Origin: Chrysomallon squamiferum
Lineage: Eukaryota > Animalia > Mollusca
DNA: 64,000 bases
Reading direction: 5' to 3'
Assembly (NCBI GenBank): GCA_012295275.1
Contig: CM022678.1
Location: 7,812,001-7,876,000, forward strand
Part shown: piece after piece, positions 30,793 through 47,116 of the stretch
Numbering within the stretch: position 1 is the stretch's first letter
How the letters are laid out: each line of letters starts with the position of its first letter
Position numbers and translations under genes: made by a program
The notes under the pieces: model-generated
Database searches by the model: none
Seen by the model: only the letters and a program-made list of their open reading frames with translations
What the model was told of the DNA's origin: nothing

Positions 30793-31625
30793 CAAAATCT
30801 GTTAATACTGTCCCATGTTGATGATGTTTTACATATTACAACATCTGTTAATACTGCCCCATGTTGATGATGTTTTACATATTACAAAATCTGTTAATAC
30901 TGTCCCATGTTGACGATGTTTTACATATTACAAAATCTGTTAATACTGTCCCATGTTGTTTTACATATTACAAAATCTGTTAATACTGTCCCATGTTTTT
31001 TTACATATTACAAAATCTGTTAATACTGTCCCATGTTGACGATGTTTTACATATTGCAAAATCTGTTAATACTGTCCCATGTTGACGATGTTTTACATAT
31101 TACAAAATCTGTTAATACTGTCCCATGTTGATGATGTTTTACATATTACAAAATCTGTTAATACTGTCCCATGTTGACGATGTTTCACATGTTACAAAAT
31201 ATGTTAATCTGGCCCCCATGTTGACGATGTTTTACATATTACAAAATCTGTTAATACTGTCCCATGTTGTTTCACATATTACAAAATCTGTCAATACTGT
31301 CCCATGTTGACGATGTTTCACATGTTACAAAATCTGTTAATACTGTCCCATGTTGACGATGTTTTACATATTACAAAATCTGTCAATATTGTCCCATGTT
31401 GACGATGTTTTACATATTACAAAATCTGTCAATATTGTCCCATGTTGATGTTGACGATGTTTTACATACTACAAAATCTGTTAAAATTGTCCCATGTTGA
31501 TGTTGACGATGTTTTACATATTACAAAACCTGTTAATACTGTACCATGTTGATGTTGTGATGTTTTACATATTACAAAATCTGTTAATATTGTCCCATAT
31601 TGATGATGTTTTACATATTATAAAA
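30793..31625 (+). repeat. 46-bp minisatellite array 2
   Basis: direct inspection. Confidence 0.97.
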
Positions 31626-32004
31626 TGAACACAGCACGTGAAATACTACTGCAGTATTATTATTATTATTATTATTATTTATAGTAGTAGTAGTAGTAGC
31701 AGCAGCAGCATCAGCAGCAGTAGTAGTAATAATAATGACTGTTTGAAATTCCAAAACTGATTTAAAACTAAATTGAAGAAGTCACTGCTATAAACACACA
31801 GATATAATTAGATTAAAACTCTGCTGTTAGGATGTGAGGTTATTTGTGTAGACCTGGTGATGATCTCTACCTGGGATAATTCTGTGTCTGTCTGTCTGTC
31901 CTAAGTACATAGATAATTCAGTGTGCGTTCGCTGTGAGTCTGTTCTGATATATGGCAAATAAACAATGTTTGTTTTGTATCAACTACGTCTTTTATCACG
32001 ATAA

Positions 32005-32074
<70 letters not shown>

Positions 32075-32664
32075 GCAGTAGTAGCAGTAGTAGTAGTAGT
32101 ACTAGCAGTATAGTAATAGTAGTAGTTGTTGCTGTAATAGTAATGGTAACAGTAGTTGCTGTTGTCGTAGTAATAGAAATAGTAGTAGTAAGACAAAAAT
32201 GAAGAGAAACTGCATGATTTGCAAACAAATGTGAAGATAAATCAATTAACAAAATAATAAACAAACAAATGTGGGGCAAGAAAAATCAGTTAACAAAATA
32301 ATAAACAAACAAACAAATGTAATAACTAAACGTCTCTATCAGTGAATTTTTATTATTTTTCAGAATTTTCTCCAGCAGTTATAAAACTCGTTTATATACA
32401 GTCCACTCAGTTACAGAGAAAACACTGAGTCCTCATAAATGATATGGAAATTCCAAGATCTATTTTTTTAGAAGTGCAGAGTTCGTTATTTTCTTATGAA
32501 AACGCAAGTTAATGTGAAAATAATTTGTTGTTTTTTATGCTTCCTACATTACTATTATATTACGTTATGTTATGTTATGTTATGTATATTTTTGTATTGC
32601 AATGTTATATTATTCTGTTATATTTAATCCTGCATATGCCCGAAAGCATCTCTCTCTCTCCCCT

Positions 32665-32758
<94 letters not shown>

Positions 32759-33496
32759 GTCTCTCTGAGATATACCTGCATGCACGTGTTTGTGTTTTGT
32801 TTGAGTGTGGGAGTGTCTGTGCCTTTTGTGTGTGTGTGAGGTGTGTGTGTGAAGAGAGTTGACTTGTACTGAGGTACCTCTGTCTAATAATTTAAGATAG
32901 CCAAATAAACTTTGCTCTTGACAAAACAGATAAGTAAGGTCATGTTATCACTAGCATGTGTTTTTAGTAATAAAATTAATTATACACAGTTGAACATATG
33001 CAACTAAATATAAATGGATTTTAACAAATGATATTGTTAATAAAACAAAGAAACATTTGATCATAAATAAATTTCAATTTACAGAAGACAATAATAAATA
33101 ACAGCAACTGTTATAGAAATAGATACAGTAGTAGTAGTGGTTGTGTAGTAAATCTTTGGTAACTTGTGGGAGTAGAATCAACAACTGTAGTATTAGAAAC
33201 ACTAGTAACATAATGGTAGTAGTAGGGTGCTAGACTTAGAAGTAGTGTTATCAAATCTGTTCAGTTTACTAAATCAGCCATGCATTGTAAACTGGGAAAT
33301 ACCTCACCTGGTTTTATCTCGATCACGGGATGGTCAAAGTTCTCTTCAAGCGGAGGTATATTAGATCCGTATTTGTGTCTTTTGTGTCATGGAACTAAAA
33401 GAAAACTGGTTTTCTACATAACACAGCCTCATTGTCATCTCTTTGTTAGAAACATCAACCTGGTAAGACTCCATTTTTGTTTTATAAAGGTGGTTC

Positions 33497-33634
<138 letters not shown>

Positions 33635-33927
33635 GTAATAGTTGTAGTGTGGAAATATTGTTTTACATGTAGTAGTTTTAGTATTAGATTGTTTGTAATA
33701 CTTTTGACAGAATTAATTTCGTTGTAGTCAATGATTACATTATTAATTATTTGCAGTAGTCCTTAAAACTGTTGTAGTACTGCTGTAGTGTCAGTATTAG
33801 TCGTTATACAGTACCTGTAGTAGAATTATAGTTACTACAGTACTTAGTTCATTCTAATGGTTATAGTTACCAGTATTTGTTTTTCTCCAGTGGCTGTTGT
33901 AGCATTATTCGTTAGTATCAGTAACAT

Positions 33928-34127
33928 NNNNNNNNNNNNNNNNNNNNNNNNNNNNNNNNNNNNNNNNNNNNNNNNNNNNNNNNNNNNNNNNNNNNNNNNN
34001 NNNNNNNNNNNNNNNNNNNNNNNNNNNNNNNNNNNNNNNNNNNNNNNNNNNNNNNNNNNNNNNNNNNNNNNNNNNNNNNNNNNNNNNNNNNNNNNNNNNN
34101 NNNNNNNNNNNNNNNNNNNNNNNNNNN
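33928..34127. other. assembly gap (exactly 200 N)
   Basis: Run of N; the round length indicates a placeholder of unknown true size. Confidence 0.99.
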
Positions 34128-35240
34128 TCTCCAGCAAAAGTTATGATTTTCTGTCAGAGAGACTATTAGTATTAGTATTATATTTTGTATTTATATTTGT
34201 TTAAAGTTTCAATAATAAACTAGCTGGCATGGGTGTTTCTTACATATATCATTAATCACATTGAATAAAATACTCGAGCGAAAAGGAAGATGTTTTAAGT
34301 TACACATCTACACAAACACATATACACATACATACCTACACCCACACATATAGACACACACACACATACACATACATACAGAATACACAACGCACACAGT
34401 CACAAACAGAACACCAACACACATACACACAATGCACACGCACACACGTGTACACACTGACACACCAGTGTTCATACACTAAATGTACAGTTTAACAGAA
34501 GTTTACATTCTGTGTGTTTACCGAGGCGAAACATACTTGACTCTGTTTAGTCACGTTTTGAATTCACGCAGTTACACTGTCTACAGAGGAAGGTGGGTTT
34601 CAACAACAACAACAACAACAAAAAAATCGAACATATTTTATAATATTACAAAATAAAATAAAAACAACTCAATTATTTACGGGTGTTGGGAAAGCTAATT
34701 TAAAAAAAGGAATCAGTCAACTGAAACGTAGTTGGAGAAGAATAATTATATTACTGTAAGTTTTAAGTTGTGCATGTCTGTGTTACTGTCTCTCCGTGTG
34801 TGTGTGTGTGTGTGTACCTGTGCGTGTGTGTGAAACATATACGCCTTTGATGACACAGATTACACTGCAAAATGACAGAACCAAAACAAGTGAGAAAAAT
34901 ATCTAAGCGTAACCCGCTGTCAAAAGCTTAACAAAACAAGGTCAGAATTTCGAGGTTCAGTGAGCTTTATTTCATAAAAGGGCCCACAGGACTGTGCAGA
35001 GGTTACAAAGTATTAGATTCCTGTAGATATCAATGAAAGAATCGAAATCAAAGAGCACGAGAAACCAGCTTAGACTGACAAATTTTTGAATATTCTTTTT
35101 TTCTAGTGTTTATAGTTGTTTTTATTTTCTCTATTTCATATATAGATCACACTATCTTAAGTCTATACAATAATTATTACTTTACTAAAATTGTCTACAG
35201 CTAGCAAACAGAAGAGATATGTAAATACTAAAACACTGTA
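34128..35240 (+). other. unpaired central segment containing a diverged module M (34895-35085) and a unit-A fragment (34505-34570)
   Basis: No mirror left of the gap; contains gtttaccgaggcgaaaca..gtttagtcacgttttgaat and aaacaaggtcagaatttcgagg..tagactgaca. Confidence 0.8.
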
Positions 35241-35533
35241 ATGTTACTGATACTAACGAATAATGCTACAACAGCCACTGGAGAAAACAAATACTGCAAC
35301 TACAACTACTAGAACAACTGCTACTGTAGTAACTAATAATTCTACTACAGGTACTACAACGACTAATACTGACACTACAAGTACTACAACAGTTTTATGA
35401 CTACTGCAACAATTAACAATGTAACTACGACTACAACGACGAATAATTCTGCTGCAAGTATTACAACAACTAATACTAAAACTACTACAACAAACAATAT
35501 TTCCACTACAACTATTACAACACTAAAAATAAC

Positions 35534-35639
<106 letters not shown>

Positions 35640-36370
35640 AATCCAATTTTTATAAAACAAAATGGAGTTCTTACCAGGTTGGATGTTTTCTAACAAAGAG
35701 ATGACAATGAGGCTGTGTTACCGTAGAAACCAGTTTTTAGTTCTATGACACAAAGACACAAATACGTGATCTAATATACCCGCTTGAAGAGAACTTTGAC
35801 CATCTCGTGATCGAGATAAAACTCAGGTGAGGTATTTCAGTTACAATGCATGGCCTGATTTAGTAAACTGAACAGATTTGATAACACTACTTCTAAGTCT
35901 AGCACTCCTACTACTACCATTATGTTACTAGTGCTTCTAATACTACAGTTGTTGATTCTACTCCTGCTGCTACTAAAGATTTACTACTACAACTACTACT
36001 ACTACTGTATCTATTTCTATAACAGCTGCTGTTATTTATTATTGTCTTGTAAATTGAAATTTATTTATGATCAAATGTTTCTTTGTTTAATATTAACAAT
36101 ATCATTTGTTAAATCTATTTATATTTAGTTGCATATGTTCAACTCGTGTATAATTAATTTATTACTAAAACACATGCTAGTGATAACATGACCTACTTAT
36201 CTGTTTTGTCAAGAGCAAAGTTTACTTGGTTATCTTAAATTATTAGACAGAGGTACCCTCAGTACAAGTCAACTTTCTTCACACACACACTCACACACAC
36301 ACAAAGGCACAGACACTCCCACACTAAACAAACACAAACACGTGTATGCAGGTATATCTCAGAGAGAGAC

Positions 36371-36472
<102 letters not shown>

Positions 36473-37069
36473 AGGGAGAGAGAGATAGATGCTTTTCGGG
36501 CATATGCAGGATTAAGTTATAACAGAATAATATAACATACGTAATACAAAATATACATAACATAACCTAACATAACGTAATATAATATAGTATAATGTAG
36601 GAAGCATAAAAACAACAAATTATTTTCACATTAACTTGCGTTTTCATAAGAAAATAACGAACTCGCACTTTCTAAAAATAGATCTTGGAATTTCCATATC
36701 ATTTGCGAGGACTCAGTGTTTTCTCTGTAACTGAGTGGACTGTATATAAACGAGTTTTATAACTGCTGGAGAAAATTCTGAAAAATAATAAAAATTCACT
36801 GATAGAGACGTTTAGTTATTACATTTGTTTGTTTGTTTATTATTTTGTTAACTGATTTTTTCTTGCCCACATATTTGTTTGTTTATTATTTTGTTAATTG
36901 ATTTATCTTCATATTTGTTTGCAAATCATGCAGTTTCTCTTCATTTTTTGTCTTACTACTACTATTTCTATTACTACGACAACAGCAACTACTGTTACCA
37001 TTACTATTACAGCAACAACTACTACTATTACTATACTGCTAGTACTACTACTACTACTGCTACTACTGC

Positions 37070-37142
<73 letters not shown>

Positions 37143-37524
37143 TTATCGTGATAAAAGACGTAGTTGATACAAAACAAACATTGTTTATTTAAGCATATAT
37201 CAGAACAGACTCACAGCGAACGCACACTGAATTATCTATGTACTTAGGACAGACAGACAGACACAGAATTATCCCAGGTAGAGATCATCACCAGGTCTAC
37301 ACAAATAACCTCACATCCTAACAGCAGAGTTTTAATCTAATTATATCTGTGTGTTTATAGCAGTGACTTCTTCAATTTAGTTTTAAATCAGTTTTGGAAT
37401 TTCAAACAGTCATTATTATTACTACTACTGCTGCTGATGCTGCTGCTGCTACTACTACTACTACTATAAATAATAATAATAATAATAATAATAATACTGC
37501 AGTAGTATTTCACGTGCTGTGTTC

Positions 37525-38360
37525 ATTTTATAATATGTAAAACATCATCAATATGGGACAATATTAACAGATTTTGTAATATGTAAAACATCGTCAACAT
37601 CAACATGGTACAGTATTAACAGGTTTTGTAATATGTAAAACATCGTCAACATCAACATGGGACAATTTTAACAGATTTTGTAGTATGTAAAACATCGTCA
37701 ACATCAACATGGGACAATATTGACAGATTTTGTAATATGTAAAACATCGTCAACATGGGACAATATTGACAGATTTTGTAATATGTAAAACATCGTCAAC
37801 ATGGGACAGTATTAACAGATTTTGTAACATGTGAAACATCGTCAACATGGGACAGTATTGACAGATTTTGTAATATGTGAAACAACATGGGACAGTATTA
37901 ACAGATTTTGTAATATGTAAAACATCGTCAACATGGGGCAGTATTAACATATTTTGTAACATGTGAAACATCGTCAACATGGGACAGTATTAACAGATTT
38001 TGTAATATGTAAAACATCATCAACATGGGACAGTATTAACAGATTTTGTAATATGTAAAACATCGTCAACATGGGACAGTATTAACAGATTTTGCAATAT
38101 GTAAAACATCGTCAACATGGGACAGTATTAACAGATTTTGTAATATGTAAAAAAACATGGGACAGTATTAACAGATTTTGTAATATGTAAAACAACATGG
38201 GACAGTATTAACAGATTTTGTAATATGTAAAACATCGTCAACATGGGACAGTATTAACAGATTTTGTAATATGTAAAACATCATCAACATGGGGCAGTAT
38301 TAACAGATGTTGTAATATGTAAAACATCATCAACATGGGACAGTATTAACAGATTTTGCA
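37525..38360 (-). repeat. 46-bp minisatellite array 2 mirror
   Basis: direct inspection. Confidence 0.97.
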
Positions 38361-39384
38361 GTGGGACACACAGCGGACCCTTCTGGATACATACCCGGCT
38401 AATTTCAAGCAGTTTCTCGAGGTTCTGAAGCCACTGTCCCTTTAGAACACAACGTGTTGTATGAGGTTGTCAAGTTCTGAATGCAGTGCTGAGTTCTAAC
38501 GACGTCATACAGACTGTCCATTGTGTAAAGATAATTTTTATTTTTATTTTTTCTCACTTGATGAATTTATTATGTTGTTAGCATCTAGTTATCTGATGTT
38601 TCTTTTTATTTATAAATTGTATCGCTATTTTTAAACTTTGCTGTTGCTGCTGTTATTATTTATTTATTATTTATTTATGGATTGATTGATTGATTTTATA
38701 AAAAATTTCTTTTTCTATAAATGGTTACTCAGTTTAAATTGTTATGTATTTCGTTAAATGTCTTTTCTGAACAGTTACGATTATTTAGTTCTGTTTATAA
38801 TTGTGCAGTAATTTAAAATAAATAAATAAACAAATTAAAACATTACAAAAAGGATAGAATTGTAAAATTAACTGAATTATGTTTTATGTTTGATTATTTC
38901 TGATGATTTTGGGTGCCAAGATGACTGCTAAGAAGCTGGATTAAGAAAAACCTCTGAAAAAGTGTTAATATATTTTTCTTATTTCTAGATATATAAAAAT
39001 ATATTTGCAGAAAGCTTTGTTTGAAATGAAAATAGAAAACTACTATTAGTATCTTACTACTAATCAGTGTGAACTATCCATTCAGACGATTCTAAAATAA
39101 AAACAATATCAATACCAGTAATAGTACTATAACTACTAGTACTACTACTACTAGTACTGCTAGTACTACAACTAATAATAAGTTGAAGAAGAAGAAGAAG
39201 AAGAAAAAGAAGAAGAAGAAACATTAAAAATGTTATTTTTATCTAAAAAAATATTTATGTTTGTATGTATTTGTGTATCTTTGTATCTATGTGTATGTGT
39301 GTATGTTTGTGTATGTGCCTGTGTGTGTGGTAGCTCTTTATTCGTGAAGATATTTCACTATAGCAGCAAAGCTAGTTAATCTTA

Positions 39385-39530
<146 letters not shown>

Positions 39531-39608
39531 ATTATTTATTTTAAATTTGAATAATAAAATTGCTCGAATCCGGTTTCTTATATCATTAACAAGCACTAAT
39601 ATCATAAT

Positions 39609-39640
<32 letters not shown>

Positions 39641-39650
39641 GATGTTTTAA

Positions 39651-39687
<37 letters not shown>

Positions 39688-41180
39688 GAAAAATAAATCA
39701 AGTCTGAAATAGAATGACGAACTGGATGATACTGGATCTAAATCTGATACTGGATCTGGATTTTTAAAAGAAAAAAACTATGTAACAACTATTAGACATA
39801 AAAACAAGTTGGCGTTTAGCTGTGTATACACAATGACACGACAATCTTCATACCCAACTTGTTCAGTTTAACATTCTGTTTGTTTACCGAGGCGAAACAC
39901 ACTTGACTTTGTTTAGTCACGTTTTGAATATACGCAGGCAAAAATATATTACAAATTAATTCAGTTACAGACAAAAAGGAAAAAAGTACAAATTTAAATA
40001 ACAAAAATAATAATAATAATTAAAAAGAAAAATGTAATTAACAAATCTATTATTAATATTAGTAGTAGCATCTGTTTGGTGATAATAATAGTATTTGGAG
40101 CAGTAGTAGTTGTTGTTGTTGTATTGTCAACGTACCTTTCAAAAACAAAAAAAGAAGAAATAAAAAAACATAATTCATTACGCAAGATAAAATGGAAACA
40201 TACGTTAGCAGATGATATTTATTTAGTTTCCGGTCAATCCACCGTGTTTGTGATTTTTATCAAACTCATATCCTGAATATCTTTAACAGAAAAACAAACA
40301 AAAACAGTTAATGGTAAAATGACATATAGTAAGTACACACAGGGTCGGCGCTATCATACAGGCAAACAGTTTTGAAAAATAAATAAATAAATTTAATTTT
40401 TATTGACGGTCGCTTTTCATAATGTTTTATTTTATACAGGGACAAATAATCGGGTATATTCAGTCTGACCGAAACAAACAAAATAAGTGAGTGAAAATCG
40501 TGCGTACATGAAATTTTCAGAACCTAATTATGTTTGCAGGCCACGAGTTTTTCCGTAGAATCACGCGTATACGAAATCTTCACTTTGTCGCGGAATCAAA
40601 CTGAAAGCGGTGCACCTTAGTTTAATGGTATAAGCAAAGAAAGAAATGGCCTGTGTGGGATATTTAAATGTCCGTAACAGAAAAATCTTGCCTCTAAAGA
40701 TCGCATAGGATGTTGAAAATAAATGTTTTAAAAGTTTGAAATTGATATGTTCCTGGGGGTGACCGAACCTAACCTTGCCTGGGACGCCAGACAGTCTGGC
40801 GCCGGCTCTCAGTACACAACAATAAGCGCACGCAGCCAGAATTTAACTCAGCACGCACCTGATATTGATAAGAAATATTTTTCTATCCTCGCTGAACGAC
40901 AACAATCAGCTGATCACATGACTCAGAACCACCGCGTGACACGGTCTGACGTGCTTGTTATCATCATTTGTCGTGTTTAAAACACAATGAGAGGGATTAG
41001 TGTAATACTACACTCATCTATTAGATAAATAACACACCAACAGCTTAAGTTTATTAATTTAGAAACATATTTAAAAACAACTATTTTATTTACAGATTTT
41101 GGGAATCCTGATTTAAAGAACGGAATCACTCAACTAAAACCTAATTAGAGGAAAATAATCATATTACTATAAGTAATAAG

Positions 41181-41216
<36 letters not shown>

Positions 41217-41654
41217 TATATACACCTTTAACGACACAGATTACACCTGCAAAATTTGTTTCCATGCCTGAATGAGAGAACAATTCTTAACATTATTACA
41301 CTGCAGTACAGTGTATAACTGTGCTGTCAACTTGAACTTACAGTGACCTTCAAATGAATACCCATGACGTCAAAAACCTCATCTTATTTTCCAAGCATCC
41401 GGTTATATAATTTATTTTATTTCTTAGTATTTTTCATTCTTTCTCTAGCTTTTTTATTCTTTCGTTGTTTTGTTTCTAATTATTTTTGTTTCTTTTCATT
41501 TTACCGCTTCTATCTCTCATATTTTTCATTCTGTCACTTAATATCTCATATTCTTTTTCTTTCTTTTACATTTTCTTTTTCATGTTTTCTCCGTTCTTCC
41601 TTTCATTCTTTTTCTATCTCTCGTTCTCATCATACACTAATATTATCTTGTATG

Positions 41655-41732
<78 letters not shown>

Positions 41733-42420
41733 TGTTCGGGCATATGCAGGATTAAGTTATAACAGAATAATATAACATACGTAATACAAAATAGACACAA
41801 CATAACATAACGTAACAAAACATAACATAACGTAACATAACATAACATAACATAACATAACATAATATAATATAATACAGGAAGCATAAAAACAACAAAT
41901 TATTTTCACATTAACTTGAGTTTTAATAAGAAAATAACGAACTTGCAGTTTCTAAAAATAGATCTTGGAATTTCCATATCATTTGCGAGGACTCAGTGTT
42001 TTCCGTGTTACTGAGTAGACTGTATATAAACGAGTTTTATCACTGCTGGAGAAAATTCTGAAAAATAATAAAAATTCACTGACAGACACGTTTAGTTATT
42101 ACATGCGAGTCAATTATAATATTTAATTATTTATTATTTTGTTAACTGATTTTTTCTTGCCTACATATTTATTTATTTGTTTGTTTATTGTTTTGATAAC
42201 TGATTTTTTCTTGTCTACATATTTGTTTGTTTATTATTTTGTTAATTGATTTATCTTCATATTTGTTTGCAAATCGTGCAGTTACTCTTCAGTGTTTGTC
42301 TTACTACTTCTATTTCTATTACAACAACAACTACTGTTACTATTACTATTACAGCAACAACTACTACTATTACTATACTACTAGTACTACTACTACTACT
42401 GCTACTACTACTACTATTAC

Positions 42421-42472
<52 letters not shown>

Positions 42473-42803
42473 TTATCGTGATAAAAGACGTAGTTTATGC
42501 AAAACAAACATTGTTTATTTAAGCATATATCAGAACATACACACAGCGAACGCACACTGAATTATCTATGTACGTAGGACAGACAGACAGACACAGAGTT
42601 ATCCCAGCTAGAGATCATCACCAGGTCTGCACAAATAACCTCACATCCTAACAGCAGAGTTTTAATCTAATTATATCTGTATGTTTATAGCAGTGACGTC
42701 TTCACTTTAGTTTTTAATCAGTTTTGGAATTTCAAACAGTCATTATTATTACTACTACTGCTGCTGATGCTGCTGCTGCTACTACTACTACTACTACTAC
42801 TAA

Positions 42804-42842
<39 letters not shown>

Positions 42843-42867
42843 GCAGTAGTATTTCACGTGCTGTGTT

Positions 42868-43650
42868 GATTTTGTAATATGTAAAACATCGTCAACATGG
42901 GACAGTGTTAACAGATTTTGTAGTATGTAAAACATCGTCAACATGGGACAGTGTTAACAGATTTTGTAGTATGTAAAACATCATCAACATGGGACAATAT
43001 TAACAGATTTTGTAGTATGTAAAACATCGTCAACATGGGACAGTATTAACAGATTTTGTAATATGTGAAACATCGTCAACATGGGACAGTATTAACAGAT
43101 TTTGTAATCTGTAAAACATCATCAACATCAACATGGGACAGTATTAACAGATTTTGCAATATGTAAAACATCATCAACATCAACATGGGACAGTATTAAC
43201 AGATTTTGTAATGTGTAAAACATCGTCAACATGGGACAGTATTGACAGATTTTGTAATATGTAAAACATCATCAACATGGGACAGTATTGACAGATTTTG
43301 TAATGTGTAAAACATCATTGGACAGTATTAACAGATTTTGTAATATGTGAAACATCGTCAACATGGGACAGTATTAACAGATTTTGTAATGTGTAAAACA
43401 TCATTGGACAGTATTAACAGATTTTGTAATATGTGAAACATCGTCAACATGGAACAGTATTAACAGATTTTGTAATGTGTAAAACATCATTGGACAGTAT
43501 TAACAGATTTTGTAATATGTGAAACATCGTCAACATGGGACAGTATTAACAGATATGTAACATGTGAAACATCGTCAGCATGGGACAGTATTAACAGATT
43601 TTGTAATATGTAAAACATCGTCAGCATGGGACAGTATTAACAGATTTTGC
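42868..43650 (-). repeat. 46-bp minisatellite array 1 mirror
   Basis: direct inspection. Confidence 0.97.
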
Positions 43651-44527
43651 AGCGGGACACACAGCGGACCCTTCTGGATACATGCCCGGCTAATTTCAAG
43701 CAGTTTCTCGAGGTTCTGTCCCTTTAGAACACAACGTGTTGTGTGAGGTTGTCGAAGTTCTAAATGCAGTGCTGAGTTGTAACGACGTCATACAGACTGT
43801 CCATTGTGTAATGATAATATTTATTTTTATTTTTTGTCACTTGAATTTATTATTTTGTTAGCATCTAGTTATCTGGTGCTTCTTTTTATTTATAAACTGT
43901 ATCGCTATTTTTGAACTTTGCTGTTGCTGCTGTTATTATTTAATTATTTAGTATTTATTTATTGATTGATTGATTGATTTTTTTATAATTGTTTTCTTTT
44001 GATTTTATAGAGGTTACTCAGTTTACATTTTATGTCGGTTTAGTCAAATCTCTCTTCTGAACAGTTACGATTATCTAGTTCTGTTTATAATTGTGCAGTA
44101 ATTTAAAATAAATAAATAAATTTAAAAAAGGATAGAATTGTAAAATTAATTGAGTTATGTTTTATGTTTGATTATTTCAGATGATTTTGGGTGCCAAGAT
44201 GACTGTTAAGAAGCTGGATTAAGAAAAACCTCTGAAAAAGTGTTAAAATAATTTTCTTATTTCTAGATATATAAAAATATATTTACAGAAAGCTTTGTTT
44301 GAACTGAAAATAGAAAACTACTATTAGTATTTTACTACTAATCAGTGTGAACTATCCTAAAAATGTGAGCTTCTTCATTCAGACGATTCTAAAATAACAA
44401 CAATATCAATACCAGTAAAAGTACTACTAGTACTAGTACAACTAATAATAATAATAATAAGAAGAAATCACTCAACTAAAACCTAATTAGAGAAAAATAA
44501 TCATATTACTATAAGTAATAAGTCGTA

Positions 44528-44748
<221 letters not shown>

Positions 44749-45774
44749 TATTATACGCCTTTAATGACACAGATTACACAGCAAAATTTCTCAACAAGTG
44801 AGAAAACATCTAATCCTAACCCGCTGTCAAACGCTTATCAAAACAAGGTCAGAATTTCGAGGTCCACTAGCCTCCATTTCATAAAAGGGCTCACCGGACT
44901 GTGCAAAGATTACAAATTATTAGATTCCTGCAGATATCAGTGAAAACATCGAATTCAAAGAGCAAGAGAAGCCAGCCTAGACTGACACATTTTAAAACTT
45001 TGTTTGTTTGTTACACAAAACCCGCCATAGCTAATTATCTTAATTCTAAAATTTTAAAACTTTGTTTGTTAAGCAAATCTCACCACATCTGTTCTATCTC
45101 AATTCTTAAATGTTAAAACTTTTTATGTTTATTTACTTATTATAATTACTAACACACAAGCACACCACACACACACACACACACACACGATGACTTTTTT
45201 CTTGTTTATAGTTACTTTAGAGTTTTTCTGTGATATATATAGACTTCACAATCTTAATAATAATAATAAAAATATTATAAACATTATTACTTTATTAAGA
45301 TTGTCTGTGCCTGGTATACAGAAGAGAAATGTATCTACTGAAAAACAGTTTCATAGATATCCGTTTTTAACGTTATAACAAAGACATCCTTAAATATCCG
45401 CTACCATCCGCTAGTAGAAAATTGCTATTACTACTTTTTCTGGTGTGTTTTTTTTATATCATTTTCTTGTTTTGTTTTTTTATATTTTTTTATGTTTTCA
45501 CATACATGATACATTTTATAACTACATACAAAAGCGTTCAGGATGTATACAAAAATAAGAACAATAAAATACATTTCTAAATCTGTTTTGTGTATCTGAC
45601 CTGGATGAATATATGTATGCATGTATGTATACATTTAGGAATGAATATGCTGTGTCTTATGTACGTCTGATTCTAATCTGGAACGCACTAGCACAGAAGT
45701 GCACTCACAAAGTCTGATGTCGCTGACGAGACTGGAAAGTGTGACATCCATTCCACCACACTTCTTAGACAGAC

Positions 45775-46090
45775 GACAACATCACTCGACCACTGAGACA
45801 ACATCACTCGACCACTGAGACAACATCACATCACGACCACTGAGACAACATCACTCGACCACTGAGACAACATCACTCGACCATGAGACAACATCACTTT
45901 TTGACCACTTGCTTGTTTTTCGACCACTGATACAACATCAGACTACTGAGACAACATCAGAGAGACTACTGAGACAACATCACTCGACCACTGAGACAAC
46001 ATCACTCGACAGAGAGAGACCACTGAGACAACATCACTCGACAACTGTGTACTCGACCACTTTTACATCACCACTGTGACAACATACACC
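45775..46090. repeat. 22-bp tandem repeat (GAGACAACATCACTCGACCACT), expanded and garbled relative to the 2-3 copies at 23286-23350
   Basis: direct inspection. Confidence 0.85.
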
Positions 46091-46288
46091 GTATTTTCAC
46101 TTTTCTTTTGGTTTTTTGTCTTTATTCATTTTTTGCGTGCTTTTATTTTCTTGTTGGAAACCTGACAATTAGCAGAATGCTTTTTACGATCATATTTAAT
46201 ATATAATAATAATAATAATAATAAGAGAAAAATAATTTTAATAATAATATTAATAATAATATTAATTTAAAATAATAATAAAAATAAA

Positions 46289-46327
<39 letters not shown>

Positions 46328-46738
46328 TATAATAATAATAATAATAAAATTAATTAATAATAATAATAATAATAATAATGCACCAAAAAGCAACTAGTTG
46401 TGATCATGGACATCTGAAATGTATTATTCGTGAAACCCAACAATAGTGGAGGCTGAAACCTTCATACAGATCAAACATGAGTTTACCTGTCTGTTTATTC
46501 ACTGCTTGATAATGCATAGCTTAATACGTGATTATAGAATGAGTTTAATTAATTTACAGAGTGGACTTATTATTAGTAGTAGTAGTAGTAGCAGTAGTAG
46601 TAGTAGTAGTAATAGTAGTAGTAGTAGTGGTAGTAGTAGTAGTAGTAGCAGTACATAACTTTCTTTGTTAATTTAAAAGATAATAATAATAATAATATTT
46701 TTCCTCTGTTTATTAGATACTTTTGTTTAGTATTGTTA

Positions 46739-46788
<50 letters not shown>

Positions 46789-46977
46789 GGTTTTTAAACT
46801 AATTAATTCAGTATTCATGGTATATTTCATTAGTTAACAAATATTTGTTTTGCCTCAGTGAGAGAACAATTCTTAATTTGACAATATCATGTTCATTCAA
46901 ATGCAAAACAAGTGTCACGTTTATTAAAATTAGTACATTATCTTCCATTCCTCAAATTATTAAATGAGAGAACAAAA

Positions 46978-47116
<139 letters not shown>

